Source: Nitrososphaeraceae archaeon
GTDB lineage: Archaea > Thermoproteota > Nitrososphaeria > Nitrososphaerales > Nitrososphaeraceae
Direction of reading: 5' to 3'
Length of the DNA stretch: 64,000 bases
NCBI GenBank assembly: GCA_035250975.1
Contig: DATFEP010000064.1
Span: forward strand, 32,001 to 96,000
The notes beneath the pieces are model-generated. The model ran no database searches. It saw nothing but the letters and a program-made list of their open reading frames with translations, and was not told the DNA's origin. Numbering within the stretch: position 1 is the first letter of the stretch; every line of letters starts with the position of its first letter. Below, piece by piece: positions 1-11,147 of this stretch. Made by a program: the position numbers and the translations under genes.

Positions 1-86
1 TACTCATAATTATAAAAAAGGTCAAACCACTAAATAAGTATTTGTCAAAAGTTAAATATTATTATTATATCAAGATTCTAACATTA

Positions 87-995
87 TTACGGAATAAGAC
101 TTAGAGAAATCAGTGTTCTCCATGATCTATTTTCAAAAACATGAGGATTTAGCCCTCTGATATTTACCTTATGAGACATTCTTTTTGATAAATATAGACC
201 TAATGACCCTAATAGTCTCCACAACTGACTATCTGGATTTGATAGAAATGAATTCAATGCCAATTTTAAAAAAGAATATGTTGATCTATGGTTCTCCGAT
301 ACATAATCTAACAGATGATCCTTTGAGGATGACAAAATGTAATGAGCATGTTCAAAAAGTTCTTTTTTGAGAGCATAATCAGTTTTTTGAATTTTTACCG
401 ATCCGTTCAACATGCCTTCTAAAATTGAATCAAGGTTGTTTTCGGACTGAATAGTATTGATACAACGTCCAAGGGTAGATTCAATGTGAGAATCACTTCC
501 TGCAACTGATATCATGTTTTTTTCTTTTGCAAATTTTTCAGCAGCGATATTAGAATAACTATCGATATTGTTACTGTTAAAAGATTCGATTAGATTGCAT
601 TTTATTGCTTTCTCTCTTATTCCGTTCGATACAGCAAAAGGATGAGCTGCACAAGAAACTCCGTTTTGTCTTTTTATTTCATCGAGAGTTTCATCGATTG
701 TCATTCCTGCTTTTATTGTTTTATTAATTCCATAAGCTAAAATATGACCTTTTGTATCAACTGTAATCTCTTCTGCAGGATAAATTGTTATGTTCTTATA
801 TTTTTTGTGGTTTTCTTTGTAATCGCATATTTGTTTGTAACCATTAAGGGTGTTGTGATTGGTAACAAACAATATATCTATATTCTTCTCATAAGCGAAT
901 TCTAGCTGCTTTTCTACAGTTACACCACAATCATATGGTATTCGAGTTGAACAGTTCATAAAATTAGAGAAAGTGTTATGACAATGTAATTCCAT
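87..995 (-). CDS. PHP-domain metal-dependent phosphoesterase
   Basis: ELHCH, TNHN, AEE, AAHP and GSDSH motifs of the PHP fold. Confidence 0.85.
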   Translation of the reverse strand: MELHCHNTFSNFMNCSTRIPYDCGVTVEKQLEFAYEKNIDILFVTNHNTLNGYKQICDYKENHKKYKNITIYPAEEITVDTKGHILAYGINKTIKAGMTIDETLDEIKRQNGVSCAAHPFAVSNGIREKAIKCNLIESFNSNNIDSYSNIAAEKFAKEKNMISVAGSDSHIESTLGRCINTIQSENNLDSILEGMLNGSVKIQKTDYALKKELFEHAHYILSSSKDHLLDYVSENHRSTYSFLKLALNSFLSNPDSQLWRLLGSLGLYLSKRMSHKVNIRGLNPHVFENRSWRTLISLSLIP

Positions 996-1737
996 TCTTA
1001 ATAACCGAGTCGTATCTAATAACCAGTAATCCTTAAATGGAATCTCTAATATATCGCTATCTGAACTCTATTCTTTAAAATATTAGTAATTTTTGATTAT
1101 CAAAGGTAAATTTTTCTGTATATCGAAGCAACACAATCTCTCGAAAATCAAGAATGTTGAAGGTGTAAAGGAAAATGCCATAGTATTTTACTATTGTCCT
1201 TGGCAGTTTTGTTAGATTTTCTTATTTTTATAAATAATATTTCTTAGTCTATTTTTATTTTAATTTTTATTATATCTTCTCTTGAACAAAGAGGTTTCTT
1301 TATATAAATGATCTATATATGCTATAATGACATGTTTAATATTTACTTTTGAAATTTTGAGATTGTTGTTAAAATATCTTAAGTTTCTTTTAATATGAAT
1401 ATATAGTTGTTCTTTGTCAAGAGTGGTAACTTTAAGCTGTAGTTTGGATTTATTTGTTTTATTTTCCACATCAAATGGAATAATTTTAATTTCTATAATA
1501 ATAGCACTTTAATTTGAAATCGGAGATTCTTGTTAATTATCCTATTTTTTCCCTATTCTATATCAGATATTTTCTGTGATTCCATAAATATTTCCTTTAC
1601 TGATTTTTTATCTTATTTTCATTTTTTTTAAATACATGTCCTAAACAGAAGCACATTTCGTTGAAGATATGTAAATATATTATAAAATGGTACAAAATAA
1701 ATCACGTAATGAAAAACAACGAAGATTTTTTATCTAT

Positions 1738-2775
1738 CTATCCACTGTTTTTGGCTAGAAACTTTACTAGATCCACTAGCCTGCATGCAAAACTCCATTC
1801 GTTATCGTACCATGAAAGAATCTTGACATATTTTCCCTTATTGTTTATTACCATTGTACTTAATCCGTCAACTATTGATGAATGACTATCTCCTATGATA
1901 TCAGAGGAAACAATAGGTTCCTCCGTATAAGATAATATATCCTTTAGATCCTCGTTAGATGCTTTCTTTAGCTCATTATTAATTTCATCTCTCGTGGCTT
2001 CCTTTTTTAAGTTTAGAACCATATCAGATATAGAACCGTTATTAACTGGAACTCGTAATGCCAGTCCATCAATTTTTCCTTCTAGTTCCGGAATTACTAT
2101 TCCTATTGCCTTAGCTGCTCCAGTAGTGGTAGGAATAATGGACATCATGGCAGATCGCGAACGTCTAAGGTCTTTATGATAAGAATCTAAAAGTCTCTGA
2201 TCATTAGTATAAGCATGTGTAGTTGTCATGTAACCACTTTCTATTCCAAATTTATCATTTAGAACTTTGATCACCGGGGCTATACAATTTGTAGTACATG
2301 ACGCCATCGAAATAATATTATGTTTTTGATTCTCATAAATTTGATTATTAACGCCCATAATTAGTGTCGCATCTGGATTTTTGGCAGGGGCGGAAATAAT
2401 TACTTTTCTTGCTCCCGCGAGTATGTGTTTTTGGGTATTTTCTTTGTCGTTAAACTTTCCTGATGATTCCAATACAAAAAATATGTTTAATTCCTTCCAT
2501 GGAAGCTTAGAGGGATCGCTTTCAGAAATGATATTTATCCTTTTATCTTTATTTATTATTAATACCTTATTAGTTTCGTCTATTTCAATATCTCCTTCAA
2601 ATTTTCCAAATGTAGAATCATACTTGAAGAGATGAGATAGTTCCTTTATGTTTGCAAGATCATTAATCGCCTTTATTTCAATGATATCATTAAATTCTTT
2701 GTCAAGAAGAGATGATTTTAGAAAGCTACGTCCTATTCTCCCAAAACCATTGATAGCTAGGTTTAACTTTAACAT
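1738..2775 (-). CDS. gap: Type I (bacterial-type) glyceraldehyde-3-phosphate dehydrogenase
   Basis: INGFGRIGR, ASCTTNC catalytic motif, TGAAKA, SWYDNEW. Confidence 0.95.
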   Translation of the reverse strand: MLKLNLAINGFGRIGRSFLKSSLLDKEFNDIIEIKAINDLANIKELSHLFKYDSTFGKFEGDIEIDETNKVLIINKDKRINIISESDPSKLPWKELNIFFVLESSGKFNDKENTQKHILAGARKVIISAPAKNPDATLIMGVNNQIYENQKHNIISMASCTTNCIAPVIKVLNDKFGIESGYMTTTHAYTNDQRLLDSYHKDLRRSRSAMMSIIPTTTGAAKAIGIVIPELEGKIDGLALRVPVNNGSISDMVLNLKKEATRDEINNELKKASNEDLKDILSYTEEPIVSSDIIGDSHSSIVDGLSTMVINNKGKYVKILSWYDNEWSFACRLVDLVKFLAKNSG

Positions 2776-2863
2776 ATTACGGATACGACTATTCTTTCTA
2801 TTAAGGTATTTTCTAATTCAATCAATAAATATAATTTATTTACTAGATAATCACAAGAGCATT

Positions 2864-3334
2864 ATGAATGAAAATAAAAAATTTTCAAAAATTTTAGTTC
2901 CCATTGATGGTTCTGAACATTCATTTCACGCATCTCAAGTAGCCCTTAACATAGCAGAAAAATTTAATGCAAAAGTAATTTGTTTATATGTTATTGTAGC
3001 TCCATCGCCACAAGAATATGTTAATTTGACTGGACTTGTTACGCCAAAACAAATCGAAAGGATAATTGATAACGCAAAGGAAGAATCCAAGGACTGGTTT
3101 GAAAGGATCAAGAATTCGGCAAAGGAAGACAAGATGCAGATTGAAATAACAACAGAAGTTATTTTGACCGGTTTGGCTGCATATGGTGAAATAATCCAAT
3201 TTGCTGAAAAGGAAAATATAGATTTGATAGTTATTGGCACAAGAGGGAGAACTGGATTTAAAAAGGTACTGTTGGGTAGTACTGCATCAGGAGTAGTAAC
3301 TTATGCTCATTGTCCAGTTATGGTGGTAAAATAA
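2864..3334 (+). CDS. Universal stress protein (USP)
   Basis: KILVPIDGSEHS and DLIVIGTRGRTG-x-LLGSTA...HCPV; start set at ATG 2864 because the longer ORF overlaps gap. Confidence 0.92.
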   Translation: MNENKKFSKILVPIDGSEHSFHASQVALNIAEKFNAKVICLYVIVAPSPQEYVNLTGLVTPKQIERIIDNAKEESKDWFERIKNSAKEDKMQIEITTEVILTGLAAYGEIIQFAEKENIDLIVIGTRGRTGFKKVLLGSTASGVVTYAHCPVMVVK

Positions 3335-4019
3335 ACAATCTTGGCAGTTCAAAAAAAATTCATATGAGTTTAATAAACTCAAATAAAAGATTCTATTTTT
3401 GTTTATTATTTTGTGTATTATGTTGTTTATATGAACAACACAGTCATCGAAGCATTACAAATCGTAATGCTATTTAGGGTAAAAAATATCAAAAATGTAA
3501 TTTCTTCAAAATTAAAAAAAGTCTTTTTTGGAATTGTCGGATTATATCTTATATCTATTTTCGACATGATTTTAACATAGAATATTCTTAGTCTATATCA
3601 TCGGTCCCACCTTCAGACTGGGAAATCATATTACCTTGGATTATATTGTGCTGATTTTTTTGGTATATTATTTGGTTTGATGTCGATAAAGGGTCATACT
3701 TTGTTTGCTTGGAAACATATTTAACATAAATATTTTTGTTCTATATGAGAAAATTCAAAAAAAAGGCGAATGATTCTTTTCCCAACAAATAACACTGGTA
3801 TATTCAGCATTAGGTTCCCTTGCAGATAATGGCTTTGACTTCCTTTCCAATGTAGAATCAGAAGTAAATAATCCTTCTATAGGGATTACCAGAGATATTT
3901 TTTTGATTATTTGTGTATTAATAATGGTAAATATTTCAATTTAATTAAGCTTAAAGTAAAATGTAAAAGATAAATAATAAATGTAAAAGATAATAATGAT
4001 AGGTGTACTAATCAAATAT

Positions 4020-4475
4020 ATGGATAAATTTACAAAGATACTAGCGCCAATTGATGGGTCAAAACCTTCTATGGATGCTGCAAATTATGCCCTATCACTC
4101 GCAAATAAATTTTCCTCCGAATTATATATCGTATCAGTAGTACCGTCTAAGGTAAAATATGGAGATTCTTCTGGTTTTTTCGGTATGGTTCCTCCTAAAT
4201 ACTTTGATAAATATAAAAAGGAAGCTGAAATATGGTTTGATGAAGTAAAAAAACGATTAGAAGACAGTGAAATTAAAAATATAAAGATAAATACAGAAGT
4301 AATAACAAGTCCACTTTCCATTTCTGGCACTATTTTGGAATATGCCGAAAATTTGAACATAGATCTTATCGTTACGGGAACCAAAGGCAAAACAGGATTC
4401 AAAAAATTATTAATCGGAAGTACCGCACAAGAAATAGTAACTTATGCACATTGCCCAGTATTAGTAGTTAGATAA
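4020..4475 (+). CDS. Universal stress protein (USP)
   Basis: KILAPIDGSKPS, GTKGKTG-x-LIGSTA, YAHCPVLVVR. Confidence 0.92.
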   Translation: MDKFTKILAPIDGSKPSMDAANYALSLANKFSSELYIVSVVPSKVKYGDSSGFFGMVPPKYFDKYKKEAEIWFDEVKKRLEDSEIKNIKINTEVITSPLSISGTILEYAENLNIDLIVTGTKGKTGFKKLLIGSTAQEIVTYAHCPVLVVR

Positions 4476-4691
4476 ACCCTTTTTAATTATTTTATTAATA
4501 GATTCAAAACGAACACAATATTAACAAAATGTAATTATCAGTTCTTTTGAAGTATTTTTCATATAAATTAAAACTGACAATCTCTACCATAGTAGGTAGG
4601 ATATCTACTAATACATTCCATTATAGAACTATCAAGAAAGAGATGGCCGATTAAATAATCATTATATGTGACAAAGTTAACAATTATGTAA

Positions 4692-5534
4692 ATGGACGAG
4701 AAAGAAGAAGTAATAGCTGAGATGAGACATGATGTAAATCTTACATCAAATGATGGTAAAACTCTTGTATATTCTATGCCTGAATTTAAAAACATTGTAT
4801 TGAAAGATCCTGTTTTGATTGCAGGATTTCCTGGTCCTGGATTGGTGGGTTCTATATCTGTAAATTACCTCATAGAAAAATTGCAGATGAAACAGATTGG
4901 ATGTGTAGAATCTGAGTTTATCATTCCTGGAGTTATATATTATGATGGAAGATTGAGACACCCATTTAGACTCTATTCAAATCAAGAAGGCTCCTTATGT
5001 GTACTAGTATGTGAAGCACCAATTTTGATAAGAGGAATAAGTTCCGTCTTAAATCTCGTAATGAAATGGTGTAATAATAATAACGTACAGGAAGTTCTGG
5101 TGCTAGGGGGATTTTCTAGACCTGGTCTGGATAATTCAAAGAGAGAACCCTATATATTTTCAAGTATAAACGAAGATAGCGTACAAAAAACAAGTTTTGA
5201 CAGAAAAATAATCACGACTTATCTAGAACCCACGACTTTTATCGGAGGAATACCGGGGGGTTTATTATCATCATCTCTTGCAAACAACATCCCATGTACT
5301 GCATTATTCATTCCCTCACGAGATGACCTCCCAGATGCGGAAGGTGCTGCCATCATAATAGATGAAATAAATAAAATAACTAAGGATGAAAAACTAAAAG
5401 TGGATACATCTCAATTGAGACAAGAAGGAGAAAATTTGAAAAAAAGAATGTTAGAATTTATAGAATCTCTCCGTAAAGAAGTTTCTCGCGTACAGAAAGC
5501 ATCGGGGGAGGCAGAGCCAATCATTTATGGATAA
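4692..5534 (+). CDS. PAC2-family proteasome assembly chaperone
   Basis: PVLIAGFPGPGLVGSI, HPFRLY, PDAEGAA typical of archaeal PAC2 (PbaA/PbaB-like) proteins. Confidence 0.85.
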   Translation: MDEKEEVIAEMRHDVNLTSNDGKTLVYSMPEFKNIVLKDPVLIAGFPGPGLVGSISVNYLIEKLQMKQIGCVESEFIIPGVIYYDGRLRHPFRLYSNQEGSLCVLVCEAPILIRGISSVLNLVMKWCNNNNVQEVLVLGGFSRPGLDNSKREPYIFSSINEDSVQKTSFDRKIITTYLEPTTFIGGIPGGLLSSSLANNIPCTALFIPSRDDLPDAEGAAIIIDEINKITKDEKLKVDTSQLRQEGENLKKRMLEFIESLRKEVSRVQKASGEAEPIIYG

Positions 5535-6062
5535 GCAGAAAAAAATATTATAATATTTTCTAGCCATATCCAGTAGGTTGTGTTAATTTACAGACTGGAT
5601 GATTATTCAAAAGATGGAACAGGATATTATTAGTTATAAATCGATTAAATTATTTTTTAAAGTAAAAATTGACTCAAAATAGAACCACATTATATGATTA
5701 ATCAAATAATTTGTATTATTTTTTGAGAGTATATAAGGAAATGAAATTACCCTATGTAAGTTAAGTTGAATCCATTCATCTCGATAGCTTCACAAACAAA
5801 TAAATTATAAAGAAGATATAAACTGTGATCTGTACAGTCTCATGTCCCTGCCTTAGTAACGTATGTACTAGTGAAATAACAATATTAATTTAATGATATC
5901 ATTTTAATTGTTTTTTGTATGTTTTTGGTTTTCTATAGTTTTTGTCCCAATTACAATTTTTTTCTTTTGTTGAATTGTGTTCTGTATTTTTGCTTATTAA
6001 TTATTCGAGATTAAAATCAAATACATCATGTAGAATCAGAATCTATTTCATTAATTTTTGTA

Positions 6063-7250
6063 TTAGCGGCCCTCCATGAATCGTCGCCTCTTTCTGGTAT
6101 ACTTTAAGATTTCATCATAATCAGCTCTTTCTTGCGCCGCATTTAGTATATCGGTTTTACTTACAATACCAATCAGTTTGAAATCATCATCAACTACAAA
6201 TATTCTGTTCATCCTTTTTCGAACTAACTGTTCTAAAGCATTATTAACTTGCATGTCTGATTTCATAACTATCAAATTTGATAGTGGTTGCATGATATCA
6301 ATTGTTTTTTTTTCAAAAAATGATTCTCCTTTGTTTAAAATATCATCTGTTGAAACCATTCCGAGTAGCACGGAATGATCATCAGTGACAGGGAAAGATC
6401 CTTTCCTATATATATCAAAGTAATCTGAAATCAAATTTCTTATTGATAAATCAGGTTTTACCGAGACAAAACTTGTGTTCATTATATCCTTTAACCTCAT
6501 ATCTTTCAGGAGATTTGACATTTCAAACTGTTGCAGATATGATTTCGCCCCACTTTGAATAAACCATCCGATGAGTATTAACCATAATCCCCCAATTGGA
6601 GAGGCCCTAATAATCACTACAACGCCTAATCCAATTAGAACAAATGAGATGATTATTCCAACTTGCACAGATATTTTCGTTGCACGCTGATAATCCAGCC
6701 ATCGAACCAAGGCAGCCCTTAACATCCTTCCACCGTCCATAGGAAAAGCAGGAAGCAGATTAAAAGCACCTAACAGTATATTCACAATGAAACCATAAAG
6801 TAAAACTCCTTTCAATACTTGAAGGTATGTTTCTGCTTCTATTCTTTCGGTACTAATGAAATTAATTAAAAGAAAAAATGATAAAAAAATGCCTCCTAAT
6901 CCAAAACTTGTTAATGGTCCTATCACAGCAATTTTGAATTCTTTTCTGAAATCCCGTGTTTCCTCTTTAATCTCAGAAATGCCTCCAAATATAAATAGAA
7001 TTATTTGATCTACTTTTACTCCATATTTGGTTGATAGAATAGAATGTGCTAATTCATGGATCAGTACGGAAACAAACAATATAATGGCGCCTGAAATTCC
7101 CATCACAACATACTCTGTTCTCGTCAAGTTAGGATAATAGTGTGGCATAAATCCAACTGATAAGGTCCAAGTAAGAAAAACAAAGATAAAGATTAATGTA
7201 AAATGTAATTTTATCGGAATATTTTTAATTTTTAATATCTGTAATGACAT
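6063..7250 (-). CDS. Site-2 (M50) intramembrane metalloprotease with C-terminal CBS pair
   Basis: HELAH, AVIGP, FNLLPAFPMDGGR, several TM helices, two CBS domains. Confidence 0.93.
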   Translation of the reverse strand: MSLQILKIKNIPIKLHFTLIFIFVFLTWTLSVGFMPHYYPNLTRTEYVVMGISGAIILFVSVLIHELAHSILSTKYGVKVDQIILFIFGGISEIKEETRDFRKEFKIAVIGPLTSFGLGGIFLSFFLLINFISTERIEAETYLQVLKGVLLYGFIVNILLGAFNLLPAFPMDGGRMLRAALVRWLDYQRATKISVQVGIIISFVLIGLGVVVIIRASPIGGLWLILIGWFIQSGAKSYLQQFEMSNLLKDMRLKDIMNTSFVSVKPDLSIRNLISDYFDIYRKGSFPVTDDHSVLLGMVSTDDILNKGESFFEKKTIDIMQPLSNLIVMKSDMQVNNALEQLVRKRMNRIFVVDDDFKLIGIVSKTDILNAAQERADYDEILKYTRKRRRFMEGR

Positions 7251-7925
7251 AACCTCATATAGTAAGGTTATACAATTTAAGGAATTTGTTCATCAAACAT
7301 AAGTAGATATTTATTTTGTATATCAGTATATAAGAGTTGAAAAACTAGTATTACTATTCCTAGTGAAATTATTGGCACTGTCTAACTGTTTGTGCTACAC
7401 ATTACTTTATCTCAAGCAATTATTGATGTATAGACTGAAGGTGTATACATCAAGGTTAATTCAAATAACCAATGGAAATCCAAATATCAAGATATCTAGT
7501 TGGCCTCTTGACGGATGTGATCGTTTTGATTACAGATATAAATAACTGGATAAGTATACAGAAAATTACAAGATGACACAATGAGATCATTATGACAGTT
7601 AACTTAAGGAGGATTTGCAGCTAAACAAAAAAATATTGATTTCGATAAAGTGCAAGTTGATGGGAAGATAATGGATTACAAAGAAATTCATATTAATATA
7701 TCGTAAAAATATTGATGTGTTTGTTATTAAAAATTTTGAGGTCTTAAACGAAAATGAAAATAGTTCAATCAAATCAACGAATTAATACTAGGAAACATGA
7801 AATGTTTTTGTTGTACTAATGGATATCCCTACAAATAACGAGTTCGTGCCGTAAAGTTAAAATCAAGAATTCAAAAGAAAATTAAAAGTATTTATGCTAA
7901 TATGTTATAAAATATTCAAACAAAT

Positions 7926-8345
7926 TTGACCGAACCTAAGGATATTTCAGCCAGTTATGACACTATATTAAAAGAAAGTGCTTTATTAACAACGTTCTCT
8001 GGAATTTTATTTGGATTCATATTAAATATTTCCATTAATCCTCCGATATCTTTTTCATACATTGATAAGGTTCTATTACTTATTGCATTGTATTCAATCA
8101 CCGTTGCGGCATGTCTTTTTGTCATGCCGATTATTTATCATCATATTCAATATCCATACCATGACTTTGAGAAGATTAGAAAAAGAAGTCATAGATTTAT
8201 ATTCACTGGACTTATTCCAGCCGGGGTAACACTGGTATTAGGTTTAGATATTGCAAGCTCAGCGTTGATTAACAGACCCGAGGCTTTTATTCTCTCGCTG
8301 ATACCAATCATAATGGTTCTAATATTATATATTAAAAGAAAATGA
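7926..8345 (+). CDS. Small 4-TM membrane protein (DUF6328-like)
   Basis: Four hydrophobic segments; LKES..L..GILFGF and P..YHH pattern; TTG start. Confidence 0.6.
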   Translation: MTEPKDISASYDTILKESALLTTFSGILFGFILNISINPPISFSYIDKVLLLIALYSITVAACLFVMPIIYHHIQYPYHDFEKIRKRSHRFIFTGLIPAGVTLVLGLDIASSALINRPEAFILSLIPIIMVLILYIKRK

Positions 8346-8545
8346 TATATTAATAACAAACATATAGAAAAAATATTTTTTTTAACGTCGTCGATTCCAA
8401 ATATGATTTATGTAGGTAGGATTTGCAAGAGTGATATTATAATAATTACTAATATGAATAATAAAAAACCTTTACATAATAAAGATTTTATAATAAGAAA
8501 AATATGATACTATAAATACACTATATAATATAACAATTTAAAGAA

Positions 8546-10330
8546 ATGAAAACAAATATTGAATTATCTAAATTATTTCGTAAAATAGCTTATTTAATGC
8601 AAGTAGATCATGATACCGGAAAAGATCCAAATGCAAAGTTTAAAATCAGAGCATATCTCAGAGCGGCAGAAACAATTGAAAATTTATCTATAGATTTGGA
8701 AGAAATATACCAAAAAAATGCTATTAAGGGATTAGTAAGCATCCCTTCTATAGGAAAGGCAATCGCTTTAAAAATAGAAGAATACATTAAAAATGGAAAA
8801 ATTCAGTTTTTTGAAGAATTAACAACAAGAATTCCCATAAATATAGATGAATTCTATGATCTAGAAGGAATTGGCATAGGTCCAAAAACCGTGAAAACGC
8901 TTTACGAGAATTTGAATGTCAGAACATTAGAAGATTTGGAGCATTATGCCAAATATGGAGAATTGAGAAAAGTAAAGGGCTTTTCTATTAAAAAGGAAGA
9001 ATCAATTTTGAAAAAAATTAAATCACTAAAAAACGTTAACAAAAAGAGATACCTTCTTGGAGATATTTATCCCATTGCAAAAACTATAGAGAATCTCCTG
9101 AAGAAATGTAAAGATGTAAAAAAAGTAGCAATTACAGGTTCATTTAGAAGAATGAAAGAAACTATAGGTGATATCGATTTTCTAGTAGAATCTGATAATC
9201 CTGATCATGTTATTGAATATTTTATCTCTCTGCCACAAATGGAGCAAATAATCGCAAAAGGTGAAACGAAGGTATTTGGAAGACTGGTTAACGGGATCGA
9301 TACCGACCTATTGGTGGTGCAAAAGAACAGTTTTGGATCTGCATTGCAATATTTTACTGGAAATAAAGAACATAACATAGAGTTAAGAAAAATTGCACTA
9401 ACAAAAAAAAATAGACTTAATGAATGGGGTCTTTTTAAAAGTAATGGAGAAAAAATAGCAGGTACAAATGAAGAAGAAATTTACAATAATCTGGGACTTA
9501 CTTGGATTCCCCCAGAATTGAGAGAAAACCATGGAGAGATCGAAATTTCCTCTGAATATTTCTCCAGAAATGAATTCATCTCGAATCTGGTAGAATACGG
9601 ATCTCTAAAAGGCGATTTACAAGTTCATACAAAATCATCTGATGGTACAAAATCTATAGAAGAGATGAGCGCTTCAGCCAGAGATGAATTTGGATTAAAC
9701 TACATAGCAATTACAGACCACACTAAGAGCTTAAAGATAGCGAATGGATTAGATGAAAATAGATTAATAAATCAAATAGAAGAGATAAATGAAATTAATG
9801 ATAATTTAAAAGAAAAAAATTCAAACAATAGTTTTAAAATTCTTTCATCTACTGAAGTAGAAATATTAAAGGATGGATCATTAGACATGAAAAACAGCAT
9901 CCTAGAAAACTTAGATATAGTAGGTGCATCGATTCATTCTAATTTTCGCCTTCCCTCCGAAGATCAAACAAAGAGAGTAATTGCTGCATTAAAAAATCCT
10001 CATGTAGACATATTATTCCATCCAACTGGTCGTATAATCAATAAGAGAGAGGGGTATGATATTGACATAGATAAAGTGATAGAAGTTGCTAAAGATACAA
10101 AAACTGTTCTTGAGATTAACGCCCACTATAATAGACTTGATTTAAAGGATGAATACGTTAGAAAGGCTATCAATAATAATGTTAAACTTGCCATTAATTC
10201 AGATGCACATCATCCACTTCATTTTTCTTTTTTAGTCTTCGGAATCGGTCAGGCAAGGAGAGGATGGGCAAAGCAATCTGACATAATTAATACATTACCA
10301 GTAAATGAAATGCTTCGAAATTTAAAATGA
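8546..10330 (+). CDS. polX: DNA polymerase X with PHP domain
   Basis: HhH motifs, GSFRR, GDID, YFTG, IPPELRE, C-terminal PHP (TDH, HPTGR, SDAH). Confidence 0.95.
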   Translation: MKTNIELSKLFRKIAYLMQVDHDTGKDPNAKFKIRAYLRAAETIENLSIDLEEIYQKNAIKGLVSIPSIGKAIALKIEEYIKNGKIQFFEELTTRIPINIDEFYDLEGIGIGPKTVKTLYENLNVRTLEDLEHYAKYGELRKVKGFSIKKEESILKKIKSLKNVNKKRYLLGDIYPIAKTIENLLKKCKDVKKVAITGSFRRMKETIGDIDFLVESDNPDHVIEYFISLPQMEQIIAKGETKVFGRLVNGIDTDLLVVQKNSFGSALQYFTGNKEHNIELRKIALTKKNRLNEWGLFKSNGEKIAGTNEEEIYNNLGLTWIPPELRENHGEIEISSEYFSRNEFISNLVEYGSLKGDLQVHTKSSDGTKSIEEMSASARDEFGLNYIAITDHTKSLKIANGLDENRLINQIEEINEINDNLKEKNSNNSFKILSSTEVEILKDGSLDMKNSILENLDIVGASIHSNFRLPSEDQTKRVIAALKNPHVDILFHPTGRIINKREGYDIDIDKVIEVAKDTKTVLEINAHYNRLDLKDEYVRKAINNNVKLAINSDAHHPLHFSFLVFGIGQARRGWAKQSDIINTLPVNEMLRNLK

Positions 10331-10528
10331 AAAATATGGATTTTTATTTTAAAATTTCTTATTAATAAAAATTAGATAGATATAGAATTTTAAAAAATAT
10401 AAATACATATCTTGTGCGAGTATTCTCAATTTTGTATCAAAGAATAATTCATTAAGAAAAAAAATTCTTGAAAATATTGATTTTATTGACTATTAAAAAG
10501 AAAGAAAGAAAGAAATAAAAACAATCTT

Positions 10529-10542
10529 AAAGTATTTAAATA
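10529..10542 (+). promoter_or_regulatory. Putative archaeal BRE/TATA box for USP gene
   Basis: AAAGTA-TTTAAATA about 30 nt upstream of ATG 10571; AT-rich background limits certainty. Confidence 0.4.
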
Positions 10543-10570
10543 CAAATTACAATATTAACGAATATAATAA

Positions 10571-11047
10571 ATGACAGAGGATAAAGAGACTATAGGAACC
10601 ATTTTAGTTCCGCATGATGGAACAGAGATGTCTGATAAGGCCCTCAAGAAAGCAGAATTACTCTCAAGAGCTTCAGGTTCTCAAATTATCGTTATACATG
10701 TTATTGATGACAGATTTATAGCTTCTAGCGATGCAGTGAGATTTATCAAGGATAAGACGTCATTAGAAAATGCAAAGGTACAATTAATAAAAAGTTTAAG
10801 AGAAGGCGCTGAATACATGTTGAAAAATAAAATTGACTATTTCAAGGAAAGAAATACAACGATAACATCTGTTTTGACCGTTGGCTCACCAGCTGATCAA
10901 ATTCTACAGACGGCAAAGGAAAAAAATGTAGGTCTAATTATCATTGGTAGTAGAAGATTTGAAGGAAATGAGAAGGTAAAATTGTTAGGTAGTGTTGCAC
11001 GAAAAGTATCCGAGTTATCTTCATGTCCTGTATTAATAGTTCATTAA
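10571..11047 (+). CDS. Universal stress protein (USP), divergent copy
   Basis: ILVPHDGTEMS, GSPADQI, LLGSVARKV..SCPVLIV. Confidence 0.9.
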   Translation: MTEDKETIGTILVPHDGTEMSDKALKKAELLSRASGSQIIVIHVIDDRFIASSDAVRFIKDKTSLENAKVQLIKSLREGAEYMLKNKIDYFKERNTTITSVLTVGSPADQILQTAKEKNVGLIIIGSRRFEGNEKVKLLGSVARKVSELSSCPVLIVH

Positions 11048-11147
11048 AAATTTTGAGGCTAGGAACATAAATATTATCTATTTTATTGACCTAAATTTGT
11101 TTTTTTAACCAATTAAAAAGAACATTATGTTGACTATTCGAAATTCA

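Noticed and set aside
1260-1469. 69-aa ORF
   Set aside because: AT-rich, GTG start, no motifs; likely spurious
2648-2863. N-terminal extension of the USP ORF
   Set aside because: Overlaps gap on the opposite strand; USP homology starts at ATG 2864
3959-3993. Direct repeat AAATGTAAAAGATAA x2 upstream of a USP
   Set aside because: Only two AT-rich copies; likely a slippage duplication
10497-10515. (AAAG)n microsatellite
   Set aside because: Short, low-complexity and intergenic; no evidence of phase variation
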